From: Octopus sinensis
Taxonomy: Eukaryota
Direction: 5' to 3'
Assembly: GCF_006345805.1 (NCBI RefSeq)
Contig: NC_042997.1
Location: 28,396,001-28,460,000, forward strand
Length of the DNA stretch: 64,000 nt
Shown here: one piece after another, positions 28,293-41,592 of the stretch
Numbering within the stretch: the stretch's first letter is position 1
Layout: every line of letters starts with the position of its first letter
The notes under the pieces: model-generated
What the model was told of the DNA's origin: nothing
The model's database searches: none
Seen by the model: the letters and a program-made list of their open reading frames with translations, nothing else
Translations under genes and position numbers: made by a program

Positions 28293-28340
28293 TATATATA
28301 ATATATGGTGTAAGATTATATACATATATATGTATACTAC

Positions 28341-28432
<92 letters not shown>

Positions 28433-28522
28433 TATATGTGGCGGAAGATTATATACATATATATGTGTATGTGTGTGTGTATATATACATATATACTTTA
28501 TTTTAAGCAGCAGAAAATTCAA

Positions 28523-28572
28523 CAAAATCTGTTACTCTGAGTTTTTCGTTGCCGTTCATCAGACAGTTTTTG
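28523..28572 (-). ncRNA. Type I hammerhead-ribozyme-like motif, family 1 (core variant)
   Basis: Minus strand CAAAAACTGT CTGATGA ACGGCAACGA AAA ACTCAGAGT A ACAGATTTTG; the G at the presumed G12 position is A in this copy. Confidence 0.6.
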
Positions 28573-28586
28573 CTAGAATCTAGAAT

Positions 28587-28627
28587 AAACTGTCTGATGA
28601 ACGGCAACGAGAAACTCAGAGTAACAG

Positions 28628-28629
<2 letters not shown>
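28587..28629 (+). ncRNA. Type I hammerhead-ribozyme-like motif, family 1
   Basis: AAACTGT CTGATGA ACGGCAACGA GAA ACTCAGAGT A ACAGA; stem I CTGT/ACAG, predicted cleavage after 28623, then (TA)n. Confidence 0.65.
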
Positions 28630-28682
<53 letters not shown>

Positions 28683-29895
28683 GGTGGATGCCCCCTGGTT
28701 ATCGAGTATTGCCATTGCACGAAGCTTAATCAATGTTGTTATCGTGCAATGCCTGTGCAAGAAGGTTTTTTTTGAAAGTGAGGAAATGCTGTGCACTGAG
28801 TCAATCTCACTTACTAAGCAACACCAGCCATAATCCGAAAAAGATGCCTTAACAAAGGTTAGGAGTTTTCACTCCCAAGAGTTTAACCGCGAGATCTTAG
28901 ACCGTATAACAGTTTTTTTGAGACGTGCCAATGTCTATTTCGATCAATTTGCACACATAGCTGCAATCTTAGAAACATAAATGCGGATATGCATGGCTTC
29001 AAAATGTAGAATAGCACTCGAGCGGCTATGAGAATAACGATGATCTTCAGGTGAAAACCACAGGTTTTGTGAGAAAATGCAACTCAAGCTTTCCTTGTCG
29101 AAAAATAAATTTATTTTGAAACTACGATGAAGAACATTCGTTAATTGCATTCAAAGCAGAAGACGTTTGAATAGAAACAAAGGAAGAAGGCAGAACGTAA
29201 AATATGAAACACAGGGGTTATAAACGATTTTATAACAAACATTACGTATGTCAACATTACGCAAACCTGATATGAAATGTTTAGGATGTTTCTGGTGTTC
29301 TATCTTGAAGATTCCGTTTAGACGTAGTTTTCAAAATGTGAGCATAAAGAAAAAAAATATATTTTCTCTGAAATTGCTCAGGCTCTTAAGTTCTGTAAAT
29401 TATATAGTTTCTCGAGAGAACATATGCTATATCATTTAACACATTAATATAGGTTCAGTGTACTTCAAGTTTGAGGGTTAAAACTTTCCATCTTTTCATC
29501 ATGGTAAAGAGAGAGGAAGAGAAAATGAATATATTCCATAATTCCTGAAACTGCAATTAAGAAATATCAGAACTAACATCTAATTCCAATGTTATTGTTT
29601 CTAAAGTATTGGCGTAGGAATGTTGTATGTATACATGTGCATCGCATATTTTTTTTTTATATCAAAAATGTTCCAAACACCTGAAAACCAGACGTGGTCT
29701 TAATGATTTTGGGGGATATTACCTCCAGCAAATATTTCTCGATTCACCACTTAGTAATATATTTACTGATTTTGTTTTGAAGCCAAACCATTTCTGTACG
29801 ATCAGAGAATAAGATAAATGAGCCAAACTATTAGTCTGACAGTTTGATATTTAATTTTGTCAGGTTTCAAATATTTCAGTCTCTCTCTCTCTCTC

Positions 29896-29937
<42 letters not shown>

Positions 29938-30159
29938 CATACCTACATACATACATACGTACATACATACTTAGACACACACTCACACACACACACATAT
30001 ATATATTTCTTCTATAGATTTTAGCTCATAGCTGCGGGCATACTGGGTCACCGACGTTTTGCGACATTGCAATTATTTAGACCTTCCTCTGAAATTTGGC
30101 AGCTGAACAATAAGTGAGGTTGATGTCACTGCTCTCTTTTGCGCCTCAAGCGCGAGGGC

Positions 30160-31226
30160 ATTTTAAGGATCTTTGGCACTGTGCAGTGGTGACCTGTTCT
30201 GGCTTTTGTGTAGCTTTTAATTCCAAAATTCGACACAATTCCTTCCAGATGCATATTACTGCATATCTCGCCCGCCTTCTCACCAAGGAGTGGAGTCTTA
30301 GCTACTTCAGCCTCTCACAGTAGCTAAGCAGTTATACTGAGACGATCTTCTTCGTGAAGCTTCATTAGATTGCTCCAAGTTTCAATGACACTTTTACATT
30401 GTGGGCTGATCATAGGAGCAGCAGCCCTGGCAGCTGAGAAAGAATGTCCACCAGATGATCATCATTGTTTCCATCTCTCTGGTTCTGTAGGTTTTCAGGA
30501 CCCACCCAGGCAGCCGTCTGCACTTTGTTGCCATCTTAGTAATGTGCACTTGGAAAGAGGTATCGTTACTCATGTCGATACCCAGGTCAAGCACTGATTT
30601 ATGTTCTGGTATTGTACCCCCACCCCGTTGGACCCTTTCACCCTGTAAGGTTTTCGTTCAGTTTTGTGTGCTGGTATCGCAGGGCTTGGAATTTCACAGC
30701 GTTAAACTGCAAGTTATCGTCCTCAGCCCATCTGTAAATTGTGTCCAACTCCTGCTAAAGGCGTGCAATATCACTAAGGTTTTGTATTTTCTGCGTATCG
30801 TCGGAGTTGCTAGCAAGAGTTGCAATTCGTTGCAACGGAGAACATATCTGAAAGGGCTGGAATGAAAAGCAGTGGTCCCAAGATGGTACCCTGTGGAACG
30901 CCACTCATTATTTGTGTTTTCTTTGAGGTTGCTCTATTGACAACCACTGCCTATCTTCTATCTTTTAATAAGTCAACATTTCCAGCTAACCCAACATAGC
31001 ACAGGGTGTGGCATATCATACCATGATCAACTATATCAAAAACTTTTACAGTCACGGTATATTACGTTCACATTTGAGTTGTCGAGTAACTGCTCCAACA
31101 CTAAGTCATAGTGTAGGAGCTGGGTAGGCAACTTTTAGCTGGTGGGAAACAATGGTGGGTATCACACCGCAACTCGTTTTCTTCAAGGAATGCGATTAGT
31201 TTCCCTCTGACTATTCGTTCCATGAC

Positions 31227-31228
<2 letters not shown>
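30160..31228 (-). mobile_element. CR1-type LINE RT remnant
   Basis: [55 protein letters not shown]; multiple stops and frameshifts. Confidence 0.9.
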
Positions 31229-31273
<45 letters not shown>

Positions 31274-31348
31274 CCGAGAGAGAAAGAGATAGTAGGCACA
31301 CCAACACACACATACATATATATATATAATATATATGTATATATATAC

Positions 31349-31413
<65 letters not shown>

Positions 31414-31552
31414 AATATATATATGTATATATATATATAATACATATATATCATACATATATTTATATGTATATATATATATGCATATTATATATACATA
31501 TATACATATACACATATATCTACATATATATATATGCACAAACGTCTGTTTG

Positions 31553-31617
<65 letters not shown>

Positions 31618-31630
31618 TACATATATATAT
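31228..31630. repeat. Compound (TA)n/(GA)n microsatellite
   Basis: Directly visible. Confidence 0.97.
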
Positions 31631-32339
31631 GCATGTGTATGCCCGCACGCGTCTCTTTATGTGTATATGTCAGAGTAATCTAATTGTAAAGGTTTTTCAG
31701 TTGTAACAGAATAAATAGGGATTTCCCATTGTTTCAAGAATGTTAATGCGTAAGTATATTAACGAAATTGAATATTCAGCGATTATTATTTGTTTCTGTA
31801 TCTTTGTCGTTTTTCTTCTTCGTAGTACATTTATTTTTGCTTGCTTTTAAAATGTCTAGCATTTTCGACAGAATCCTGTCTGTTTTAAATTTCATTTAAT
31901 ATTCATTTCCATTAATATTGTCTTTTTGAGTGGGCATATATATTATAATACATACAAAAAGTAATTGCTTCATAAAAATAGCTTAGAGTGCCTTTTACTT
32001 TAGTATCTCTTAATAGAAATGAAAGTGAAATTAAAGAAAAGGACAATGTTGCAGAAACAACAAAGAATCGTATGTTTAGACGGACGAGAAGACCATCGAT
32101 AGAAATAGACCCAAAATAAACCATGATATGAATGAATAAAATAAACGCGTGAAAATTAACGCACGACTCTCTCTCTCTCTTTGACTCTTCCTCTCTCTCT
32201 CTCTCTCTCTCTCTTTGTCTCTGCCTCTCTCTCTCTTTGTCTTTTCATATAGGCTCTGTTGAGTTAAAATAATCTTTGCGTGAAGAGATTTGAGTGGGGA
32301 GCTAATTAAGATTTAGTAGTCGGTTGTTTTGAAGTAGCG

Positions 32340-34600
32340 TTTTGGAAATGCCCTTCGCAACACGACAATATAAAAATAAAATCGTAGACAAATTCTCACC
32401 AAAAATAAAAACAAAACGATCACTGTATCGATGGAATAATGCCTACGAATTAATAGATGTGTCGTTCAACAAATTGCCGATCAAAAACGAATGCCATTTC
32501 TTCCAGCTTGACATAAAATACTATCATGTGTCAATAACAAATCTATCTCTATAGCTAATTCGAACTTTGTTAAAACCATCACTACAATAAAGACACGAAA
32601 TATAAATACCACCAGCAACAAAATCGCTCGTGGGTTCAGAAAACACTAAAAACCATTTGATGTAAGAATGGGATCAAAGGACTTGGCAGAGATAAGCGAC
32701 ATCATTGGCCATTACGTATTAGAAAACTTACACAACTAGTTTCCATACGCCCCAGCTGATCTCTGCAGTGACAGCGGTTTACTACTACTAAATAAATGCT
32801 GATTAATTTAGGATTTACACCAGTTTTCCCGAAACTTGAGCCTCTGAATCACAGAAGAAACACAACTAAAATCAGTCAACTTTCCAGCTGTTAACATCGA
32901 CTTGGAATCAAATATCTATAAACCATACAAAAAGCATAACGGAAACATTCAGTATATACATACATAATATGAAAACCCTAAAAGCATTATAATGAACCAA
33001 GTAAAGATATATCCCTCAAACTTTCCTATTTTTCTTCAAATGAAGAACTACTCACCGAAAGAACAACCCCATATAACGAAGCCCTCAGTTACAAGGAAAA
33101 AGTGCAATATACGAGGGGCACCCAAGAGAAACCAGAATTTTTCAAAATTATTTTATACACTTAGCTTCACATGTTTACACTTTTATCACTTTTAAAGTAT
33201 TTTCCATTTCAAGCAACGTGTTCTCATTGTTCGAAGAAGAGCTTCTAACGCCTCTAACGCCTCTGTCGTTTTTTATTCACCCCCTCCACATATCCAAATT
33301 ATGTAGCACCAGCTTTCATCGCCAGTGATTAGTTTCTAAAGGACGTCCGGATCAACTTCCAACTGTACTTTCAGTTAAAGGTACGCATTCAGTAGTGACT
33401 GATTTCGATCTCGCGTGAGCAAGGGAGGCACAATTATTGTTGTAACGCTTTTCATTTGCAATTCCATACCCAAAATTGGGAGGAGCTCCTGGATACACAA
33501 ATTATATCAACAATTTCCTCGGTTGTTCAGTGACGGCCCTCCAACAACGGTTCATGAATTTTCACGATCTTTTCATTCATTACTGAAGTCGACAGTCGCC
33601 CTGAAGGAGGTTGGTCTTCAAGCGACAAGTAACATTTCTTAAAGTGTGAAACTCATAAACTCGTGTTTTGTTCATGGCAGCGTACTTTTAAGCTGTTTTA
33701 TGCACGACAACTGTTTCCACCGCAGTTGTCCCCAACAGAAAACAATATTTCACAGAAGTACGCTCTTCATTCGTTTCAGCCATTGCAAAATTCCACAAAC
33801 AACGGAGATGCACTACAAAACCAAAACGCATTACGTGACAGTACAACATCAAACACCGAGGACGCCGGTTGGCAGACTGAAGTCTGATGATCATATCAAG
33901 TGGTTAGCAGCAGCGAAAGACGGAATTACAAAGGACTTCTCCCACAGAGAACGTTTTCGGTTATTTTGGGAACCTCATCGTTTAAACAGTAATCTTCCAC
34001 CAGAAATAATATACGTAAGAATGGAAAAAGGAAAAGTATCTGATATAATTCCGCCTTGAACATACGTCTTCACACCTTAACTAAATTATTTTTTTAAATA
34101 ATGCTGAAAATGTCTACCACAACCTAAAGAATTACAAATAGATAAATAAACACAGCATAAAATTCTCATACTCAGCTATCACCAACTTTGAGAAAACTCT
34201 AGCCAGCAACAAATATCAAAACCAGTTTAAAATTTCAAACCGACACAAATAACAATTATGATTGTGGAACACTCTCCTGTCCTCTAGAATGAAGGTCTGT
34301 CACAAAATGTCGTATATAGCGCAACGGTAAACACAGATATGACACCAAATACTCTATGTACATAGGATTTACCGCAAATCTATTCAAAACAAGTTAGAAC
34401 CACTGCACGTTCACTTGACGCAATCCACAAGGCAAAAATGAAAAGCCATTATGAAAACATATATGGCAATAAAAATCAAGGGAAAAATACTCTCATCAAC
34501 ACAACCATACCAAGGTAGTAACAAACCCTACCAACTTTGTATACATGAATCCTACAACGTTCTAACGTTCCTGAACCACAACTCTGAACTAGTCTTTTCA
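32340..34600 (+). mobile_element. Degenerate Penelope-like element (RT + GIY-YIG), interrupted by a mariner
   Basis: FFQLDIK, FDVRMGSKDLAEISDIIG, VNFPAVNIDL...YKPYKK, SIKFSYS, and NVVYSATV...MYIGFTANLFKTS*NH (GIY-YIG), in the order expected for PLEs. Confidence 0.85.
33112..33980 (-). mobile_element. Internally deleted mariner inserted in the Penelope-like element
   Basis: TA-CGAGGGGCACCCAAGAGAAACCAGAATT TIR at 33110-33139; minus strand MAETNEERTSVKYCFLLG and ITGDESWCY; decayed opposite TIR near 33955-33980. Confidence 0.8.
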
Positions 34601-34934
34601 AACCAATAATTATTTTCTAACGGCTAAACACGATAATATCTCACCACCTTATATCCATTCATCTAGTTCATAAAACATCACCCTAATATAAAGTAGAACT
34701 GACACTCGTACCAGCTTTACACTTTTGCACGAACAACGTACTCTAGAAATTATCTAATCTCCCTATCACCAATTATCTGTCTGCCTATCTCCAACTAAGA
34801 TCGCCACAAAAGAATTTTATAATAGAACTACACAAACCTACATGCACACATATGAAATGCTCACTTATATGCAAGCAACTGAAAGCACACTTTCCTTTAT
34901 CTTTACATTTCATTTATTAAATTATATTATATTT

Positions 34935-35420
34935 TTGTTCCCCTTTTATATAAATGATCTTCTACAGTAGCCCTACTTCATCCAATATCTCGAACACAAT
35001 TTGAAGAAATTTGAAAAATACACACCAAACTCTATCTCCACAAAACAGGATGTTTAACCCCCTATATACTAATGAAATTGCTTGTAGAACAATAGGCACC
35101 TAAATGAAAACATATTAACATATCAACATAGAACCTCAACGCAAATACATTTGTGAACATCAAAGCGAAAGTGAAAAACTTTTCTATACTAACAAAGCCA
35201 TGACATGTATGACTAAGGAGCATAGCCTTACGAATGAAGACAGGAAACACCCTAAAAACAAACCACAAGAAGTAAAGACCGATGAGCCTAAACTTACCAC
35301 CTACCTACATTCTTCTGTAAAGAAAAGTTGACGCCCAATTACCAAATGCTTAACATACGGGCATCTCGCCATTGATTATATCCAGTAATGCCAAAAGCAT
35401 GAAAGCTACTGTCATACCTT
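34935..35420 (+). mobile_element. Highly decayed CR1/L2-like RT remnant
   Basis: LYINDL at ~34945 and a weak ...RPI...YG segment; little else recognisable. Confidence 0.3.
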
Positions 35421-35510
35421 GTACATACTTAAATAAAAAGAAACACCCAACGGCTTGTTTGCAAAGTTCTACATGCAAGAATTCATTCTAAAAAGTAACA
35501 TAGTACAAAA

Positions 35511-35911
35511 GGCGGCGAGCTGACAGAAACGTTAGCACGCCGGGCGAAATGCGTAACCGCATTTCGTCTGCCGTTACGTCCTGAGTTCAAATTCCACCGA
35601 GGTCAACTTTGACTTTCATCCTTTCGGGGTCGATTAAATAAGTACCAGTTACGCACTGGGGTCGATCTAATCGACTTAACCCGTTTGCCTGTCCCCTCTG
35701 TGTTTATCCCCTTGTGGATAGTAAAGAAATAGGTATTTTCTGAGTTACTTTCTGATCTCCAATTCCACCAAGGTCGACTTTGCCTTGCATCATATCGGGA
35801 TCGATAAATTAAGTATCAGTTACGCACTTGGGTCAATGTAATCGATTTAAAACCTTTGTCTGTCCTTGTTTGTCACCTCTGTGTTTAGCCCCTTTTGAGC
35901 AATAAAGAAAT
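35511..35911 (+). mobile_element. SINE family B dimer (full copy + 5'-truncated copy) inside one TSD
   Basis: GGCGGCGAGCTGACAGAAACG head, B-box GAGTTCAAATTCC, second body from ~35735; AAGTAACATAGT at 35493-35504 and 35912-35923. Confidence 0.88.
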
Positions 35912-37425
35912 AAGTAACATAGTCCCAAAATATCTTCCCATAACAACCAACCACTAACTCTCATTAGATCTATTAGGCAAGCCCAATGATTTGCTTAATC
36001 TTCCGAGTCGTCCTCTACTTTTTCCCTTTGCAAAGCATCCTATCCCTAATTACTATATAAGCCCTGATAACATTATTATAGTATGTTATACTGTAGGAGC
36101 TAATCTTCTGTTTAGTTTTATCAAGTATAACGCTTTTGCGATTACGATTGTATATAATCTATAAAAGGGCATCCTACATTACCTAGCGAGATTTCCTTAT
36201 ACCAGGCTTCTGTTAGTTGTGCTGCACCCGATAAGAAAGGAACATATAATCGAAATTTTCTATCAACGTCTATCGTTTTGGTTTACACTACCTGATTCAG
36301 ATAATAGCGAAATATATACAATGTAATTAAATAATATTAAAGCTACCTATAAAACATTGTAAAAAGTTAATCAAAAGCTAATTAAACAGTTTTCAAGGTG
36401 GTGCTCCAGGGTAGCCGCTGTCGAATGACCAAAACAAGTAAAAGAAAAATTGAATAAAATAATAGAGAAAACTTACCTACTGGTTTACTAAGATATTTGA
36501 TAAGGTATACCCTCTTTGTTCCGTAATAGGTGAAATTTACTAGATAATTATCATATTCTTCGAACAACATAATTGGAATGAGAGGCTGTATACTATTACT
36601 ACTACTACCCTTAATTCCCTACACATTATTTATAACAGTAATAATTCCATTCCAGGTACACATTCCTCGTATTACAAGCGGGTATCACTTATGTATTTGT
36701 TTTTGTATCAACATCCTACCTCTGTTTTGCTTTACCAGATAAAATAATCATATAAAACTCTACCATTCAACAATTGTTAGGACCAATCATTGAGTTCCTC
36801 CTAACCATCCCCCACAATCAACCACTATACATTTTATAGCCCTATTCTGTAGGTATATCTCCCCTCCTGTCTTTGAAATTTAATCTTTAACAAGAGCATG
36901 CTACACTCGGGCCCAGTACTTATTTGAATATTTATTGTTTTACTTGGTCTTCGCTTCAATCCCTATTTCCCACATTTCTTATCCTACTGTAAAAAAAACG
37001 AATAGCGCAGAAATGCATCTACAATTGTCTACACTTCATCACTAATCTCCGATATGAACCATTCTAGCTGACTCCAATTTACATCCTCTAACTCGGCCGC
37101 TGACCATAAATATCATGTTAACCCTCCTCACAAACTAAATTCTAAATGTAACCCAAAACATTAATACCCATAACAGCCTTCTTTTGTTTTGTGTTTCTCC
37201 TATTTTATGGTCACCTCTGCGTGCCTTCAGTTCAGGTGTGTTCCCACTGTGTTCTTGGATGATTCTCCTACTATTTCGGAATTATGTGTTTCTTCTGGTG
37301 ATTACGGTATTCTGCAATGATGAAATGTTCTCATTCTTCTATTAAAATACATAAGAAGCATCTGTAACAAACTGACCTTAATCTATCGTCTGTTATTATC
37401 TTTTGTGTGTATGTGTGTGTGTGTA

Positions 37426-38326
37426 CTAGCAGAAATTCCCGGCAGTGACCGCGTTAAAGAGAATAATGAAATTTAAAAACGCCGACTAGATTACGCAGGT
37501 CACAACTGCTAGTACCTGAGATACCGACTTTCTACATTAATAACTTTTCAACCCATGCAAGCATGGAACATAGACGTTAATGAAATGTTGAAAGAAAGTT
37601 TTCAACTCATATATGTATATAGAGTAAATACATGTAATTCAAAAACACTGTTTGTAAAGCTTATTTCGTAATAAAAAAAGCAGGAACAGATTATAGACAA
37701 TGAAAGGCCGATATTGGTGATTCATCTGACAGAGGTAGTAGAGAGCCAATCTGATGATAAATCTGACGTTGGATCTTGAAAGTTGTCATGAATCCTGGCT
37801 CAGTTAGATGTCTTGTGGCTTCAAATGATGTTATCTGTAATTCAACATCGTAGTGCTTAATTTTTTTTGGAAGTGCTTGGCATCTTGGTCAGCTGATGAC
37901 AACAATTTCTTGAATGGCTCTGAAAGTTGTGGGATTGCAGTGACTTTAACCGTTCCACTGCTGCAGCAAAGTGCAGGTGTCTCTCCAGGCCACTTCCTTG
38001 CTCTGAATTGTCATTGCAGCAATGGAAAAACTAGTGTCATCTGCATAATGAAGTGCTGGATCATAATTGAAAGCAGCTTCATAAAAGTTGCTTCTCTGAG
38101 CTGTTGCAACTGCTCTTCGTTCTGCAGTGGAGATTCTATTCCTTGTCAGCCATGCATACCTCTGTTCATCACTTTGAGATGCACTGGCTTTTGTCGTGCA
38201 CAACATGTTCGTTTCTTAGTAAGCTTTTCTTTCTGCAGCTGTCTCTCTTTTCCTGGACAGAGACATTCTCTTGACTGACCTTGACATTGTCGACAAATTT
38301 GACACTTTCCTGCTAGGCATGGTCAT
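37426..38326 (-). mobile_element. Internally deleted Helitron retaining the RepHel N-terminus
   Basis: Minus strand MPSRKVSNLS..., FYEAAFNYDP, GKV-like segment, QITSFEA, GFMTTFKIQRQIYHQIGSLLP (RepHel motif FKIQGQVYH.IGSLLP); 3' hairpin then CTAG|T at 37429-37425; 5' end not located. Confidence 0.85.
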
Positions 38327-39923
38327 ATATGTATACAGAAATACACGGGTGCACAAGATAGTGAACAATGAAAATAACTAGGTAGCAGAAATTATATTTC
38401 TTAATAGACGGGCAGAAGCTAAATAAGAAATGTTTACGGAAAATTAAGAATTGTACTGACTGAAGCAAAATTTGTCAGTGAACAAAAGAACCAGTTGGAA
38501 GGAACCAGACAAAAGTCGTTAACAGCAGAAAAACGCAAAAGTAAATAAGAAATTACCTAAGTGTACGGGTTTGAGTGAAATTTTTGAAGTTATTTCTGAC
38601 AGTAAATTATGAACTTCCTTTTATCAGTAATTCCGTTGAAAAAAAAAAAAAAAAAAAGAACCGTGCGAAAGTAAATAAGAATTGTGTAGGCGAATTTAAC
38701 GAAGAGTACGAATTGAAGTGAAATTTGTGAAGATACTTCTGTCAGTAAATTGCGTATGAAATTACTTTCATCAGTAATTGTGAACTTCTTTCTGTCAGTA
38801 ATTTTTCATTGTTGTTTGTAAATAGCTATTAAAAACTTACAGTAAAAACAATAGAGAGTGAGTGATATATAGAGAGAGGGGGAGAGAGAGCTAGATAGTT
38901 AGACAAATAAGACAGACACACAAATATATAACATACAGACAGAAAAATACAGAGTGATTGATAGATATAGATATAGAGACGGATAGAGAGATATAGATAG
39001 AAAAATATAGAGGGATACAGATAGAGATAGAGAGAGATGGGTGGAAAAATGGATGTAGAATAAAATAAATTGTACAAGTATATTAAAATATGTGTAGTTT
39101 TGTCTTTTTTTTTTCCCAGGATTTACGAGAGACGCCTCCGGAAAGGTTTTTCCCCAACATTAATCACCGTTGAATAATCTTCAGTTTCAGAAAGCATTTT
39201 ATTCGCTTGGTATCTTTAAAATGTTTTATCCGTCACAAAATTATATTTCAATTGGTTTTTATATAATACTTGGAAACTGTAGTAAGCCCAAATTTCGTTG
39301 TCGATAGTCAACGAAACGGAAATATTTTCGGACTATTCTTACCGGAAGAATGAAAATATATTTGTAATTTTCTAATATATCTTTTTCACTCAGCTTGATA
39401 TTGAACAATTTCATTTCAGCTTAATGTTGCATTTGGTAAATTGGTTGATACGCTCTTATACACTCCAAAACTGTATTATAAATATTGTGATTACAGTATG
39501 ATATTTAATCAATTTGCAATCTTCAAAATATGCGCGCTGTTTTCTCATCGGTTAAACTACCGAAAGTATATAGGAGAGTATTCATGCCAACATAAACATC
39601 TTTATGCGAAGTTGAAATATAAATAAGCGAGAGGGGATTTTAAGGAAGAGTATTGCATCTAAAACTTAATATATTTCATGGATGAGAAAAACGTTATCCT
39701 AGATAGATCATCAGCCAGTTGTAGAAACAGTGCAAAATTTTCTGATACCTAAGGGATATATGTCAAGTATAGTAGTATAAGAAATTACAGAAAAACAAAG
39801 ACACACACACAATATATATTTATAAACATGTACTGCAAAGCTACTTTATCCTCACTTAAGCACGCCTTCATGAGAATTATGAAAATCTTCGTCTCTTTTT
39901 TCCCTAACTACGTCGAATTATAT

Positions 39924-40006
<83 letters not shown>

Positions 40007-40027
40007 ATATATATATATTCTATTATT

Positions 40028-40274
40028 CCTTTATTACTTGACATGTTTCAGTCACTTGACAGAGCCATGCTGAATCACCGTCTTTTAGTCGAAGAAAATG
40101 ATCCACTGGATTTATCTTTTGTTTGCCTGGCATTGATTTTATCGGTCTCTTAGGCTGAGCCGTTAAGTTACTGGGATATAATTGCAGCAATATCGGTTCT
40201 CAAGCGATGCATATATATCTCTATATCTATTTATATATCTATATCTATATATATATGTATCTCTCTCTCTCTCT

Positions 40275-40367
<93 letters not shown>

Positions 40368-40477
40368 ATATATATATATTTATATACGACGAGCTTCCTT
40401 CAGTTTCCGTCTACCAAATCCACTCACATGGCTTTGGTCGGCCTGGGACTATACAAGACGATTCTTACCCAAGGTGC
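40028..40477 (-). mobile_element. SINE family C, 5'-truncated, with internal (TA)n
   Basis: Reverse complement of 40733-41190 body and tail; head lost upstream of CCTTGGGTAAG. Confidence 0.85.
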
Positions 40478-40562
40478 AATAATTGAGATCCAGACGAATT
40501 AGGTACTTAAGTTGAAGCGCCTAGTCAGTCCGTTATTATCGGCACCACTCGAAGTTAGGGGA

Positions 40563-40695
40563 ATAAAATCAAAAGATGCAACAGCATATCAAGTAATACT
40601 GCAGCACAACCGTTTCAATATATTGCTCAAGTAAATGTAGCCGCTTGAAACGGTCGTACTGCATTATTATTTGATATCCTTTTGCTTATTTTGAT

Positions 40696-40698
<3 letters not shown>
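40563..40698. repeat. Imperfect inverted repeat (~55-bp arms, 26-nt loop)
   Basis: ...ATATCAAGTAATACTGCAGCACAACCGTTTCAA versus TTGAAACGGTCGTACTGCATTATTATTTGATAT... Confidence 0.8.
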
Positions 40699-40732
<34 letters not shown>

Positions 40733-40735
<3 letters not shown>

Positions 40736-40892
40736 CGTAGGAGTGGCTGTGGCACGTAGCTTGCTTACGAACCACATGGTTTCGGGTTCAGTCTCGCTGC
40801 GTGGCACATTGGCAAGTGTCTTCTACTATAGCCCCAAGTTGACCAAAACCATGTGAGTGGACTTGGTAGACGGAAACTGAAAGAAGCCCGTC

Positions 40893-40940
<48 letters not shown>

Positions 40941-41190
40941 CTGTGCGTTTGTGTGTGTATATGTATGTGCGTGTATATGTTTGTGTTTCTGTGCTTGTTC
41001 CCCTAACATCGCTTGACAACCGATGCTGCTTTGTTTGCGTCCCCGTAACTTAGCGGTTCAGCAAAAGAAAACGATAGAATAAGTACTAGGCTTATAAAGA
41101 ATAAGTCCTGGGGTCGATATGCTCGACCAAAAGCGGTGCTTCAGCATGGCCACAGTTAAATGACTGAAACAAGTAAAAGAGTAAAAGAGT
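40733..41190 (+). mobile_element. tRNA-derived SINE, family C, full length with internal (TA)n/(TG)n
   Basis: AGGCGTAGGAGTGGCTGTGG head, GGGTTCAGTC B-box, tail GACTGAAACAAGTAAAAGAGTAAAAGAG. Confidence 0.9.
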
Positions 41191-41251
41191 ATATATAAAT
41201 ATATATATATTCATTTATTTCTGTGTGTATTTCAAAATAGTTAAAGAAAAA

Positions 41252-41285
<34 letters not shown>

Positions 41286-41519
41286 TAATAATAAAATATT
41301 AGGGAATAAATCCAAACTTACAGGGAAAAATCAGATTTAGGATTAAATCCAATTTTTATAGTAAAATATATTATATTATATTACATTAAATTAGAGATAA
41401 AACCACTATTAGTCAAATCAAACAATGAAAAACATAAGCCAATACATAACATTAATTAATTTATATTATTTTAAATATATATCAAAAGTATTAAAAGTTT
41501 AATAAAAGATAAAGAGTAA

Positions 41520-41592
41520 AACATTACGATCGTTTCATGGCTGTACAATTCGTAATAATTCGAGTTATGGTTACAGTCAATCTTCAGGTTAA
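41520..41592 (-). ncRNA. Type I hammerhead-ribozyme-like motif, family 2
   Basis: Minus strand AAC CTGAAGA T-TGACTGTA...TACAGCCA-T GAA ACGATCGT A; 8-nt perfect palindrome in stem III; stem I pairing poor; lies in a ~320-nt AT-rich unit ending in (TA)n at ~41280. Confidence 0.6.
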
